IMG/VR virus record: IMGVR_UViG_3300013126_000116
Coordinates: 1 to 34,746 of that record
Length of the DNA stretch: 34,746 bases
Strand: one strand, 5' to 3'
Source of the DNA: a virus
Lineage: Duplodnaviria > Caudoviricetes
Both the position numbers and the translations under genes were made by a program. The notes under the pieces are model-generated. The model worked only from the letters and a program-made list of their open reading frames with translations, was not told the DNA's origin and searched no databases. How positions within the stretch are numbered: position 1 is the stretch's first letter; every line of letters starts with the position of its first letter. Below, one piece after another: positions 34,698 to 34,746 of this stretch.

Positions 34698-34746
34698 TAT
34701 GATGTTGCTATTTCTACATTTAATTCATCTACAATTCCATTAATAG
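34697..34746 (-). CDS. C-terminal end of an upstream gene (possibly a gp25-like wedge protein, from synteny only)
   Basis: ...INGIVDELNVEIATS*, with its TAA overlapping the gp6-like ATG (TAATG). Confidence 0.45.
   Translation of the reverse strand, partial: INGIVDELNVEIATS

Noticed and set aside
1-34746. Stop-codon reassignment, as in some large or Bacteroidota phages
   Set aside because: Standard code already gives near-complete coding density with intact terminase, portal and primase; TAA and TGA both act as stops at gene overlaps.
1-34746. tRNA, rRNA or structured ncRNA genes
   Set aside because: The largest intergenic gap is under 80 nt and AT-rich; no cloverleaf or GC-rich structured segment was seen.

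Overview
A 34.7 kb, AT-rich fragment of a large T4-like (myovirus-type) phage genome. All credible genes are on the minus strand, tightly packed, and read through in the standard genetic code. In transcription order (right to left) it holds: a baseplate/tail module (gp6-like wedge, a DNRLRE-like protein, a 1858-aa baseplate/tail protein, three tail-collar-like proteins); HNH and GIY-YIG endonucleases; a DNA primase and a PD-(D/E)XK exonuclease; an ~11 kb array of small and multi-domain proteins; a cupin, an FAD oxidoreductase and a NadR-like P-loop protein; an overlapping spanin-like membrane pair; terminase large subunit; portal; and head-associated hypothetical proteins. The most striking feature is the array. 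Six unrelated proteins share a 10-residue N-terminal tag (M-[IL]-[KN]-[LF]-x-[DNS]-[IL]-L-x-E) resembling the T4 capsid-targeting sequence. Several multi-domain proteins have [LI]-x-E protease-type sites at their domain boundaries, including a 768-aa four-enzyme protein (HxGH nucleotidyltransferase, pol-beta-type NTase, HExxH peptidase, HAD phosphatase). This suggests a modular capsid-packaged, protease-matured enzyme payload. Two promoter-like motifs separate structural from non-structural genes. Several indirect signs point to a Bacteroidota host. All family assignments come from motif recognition by eye; no searches were run.
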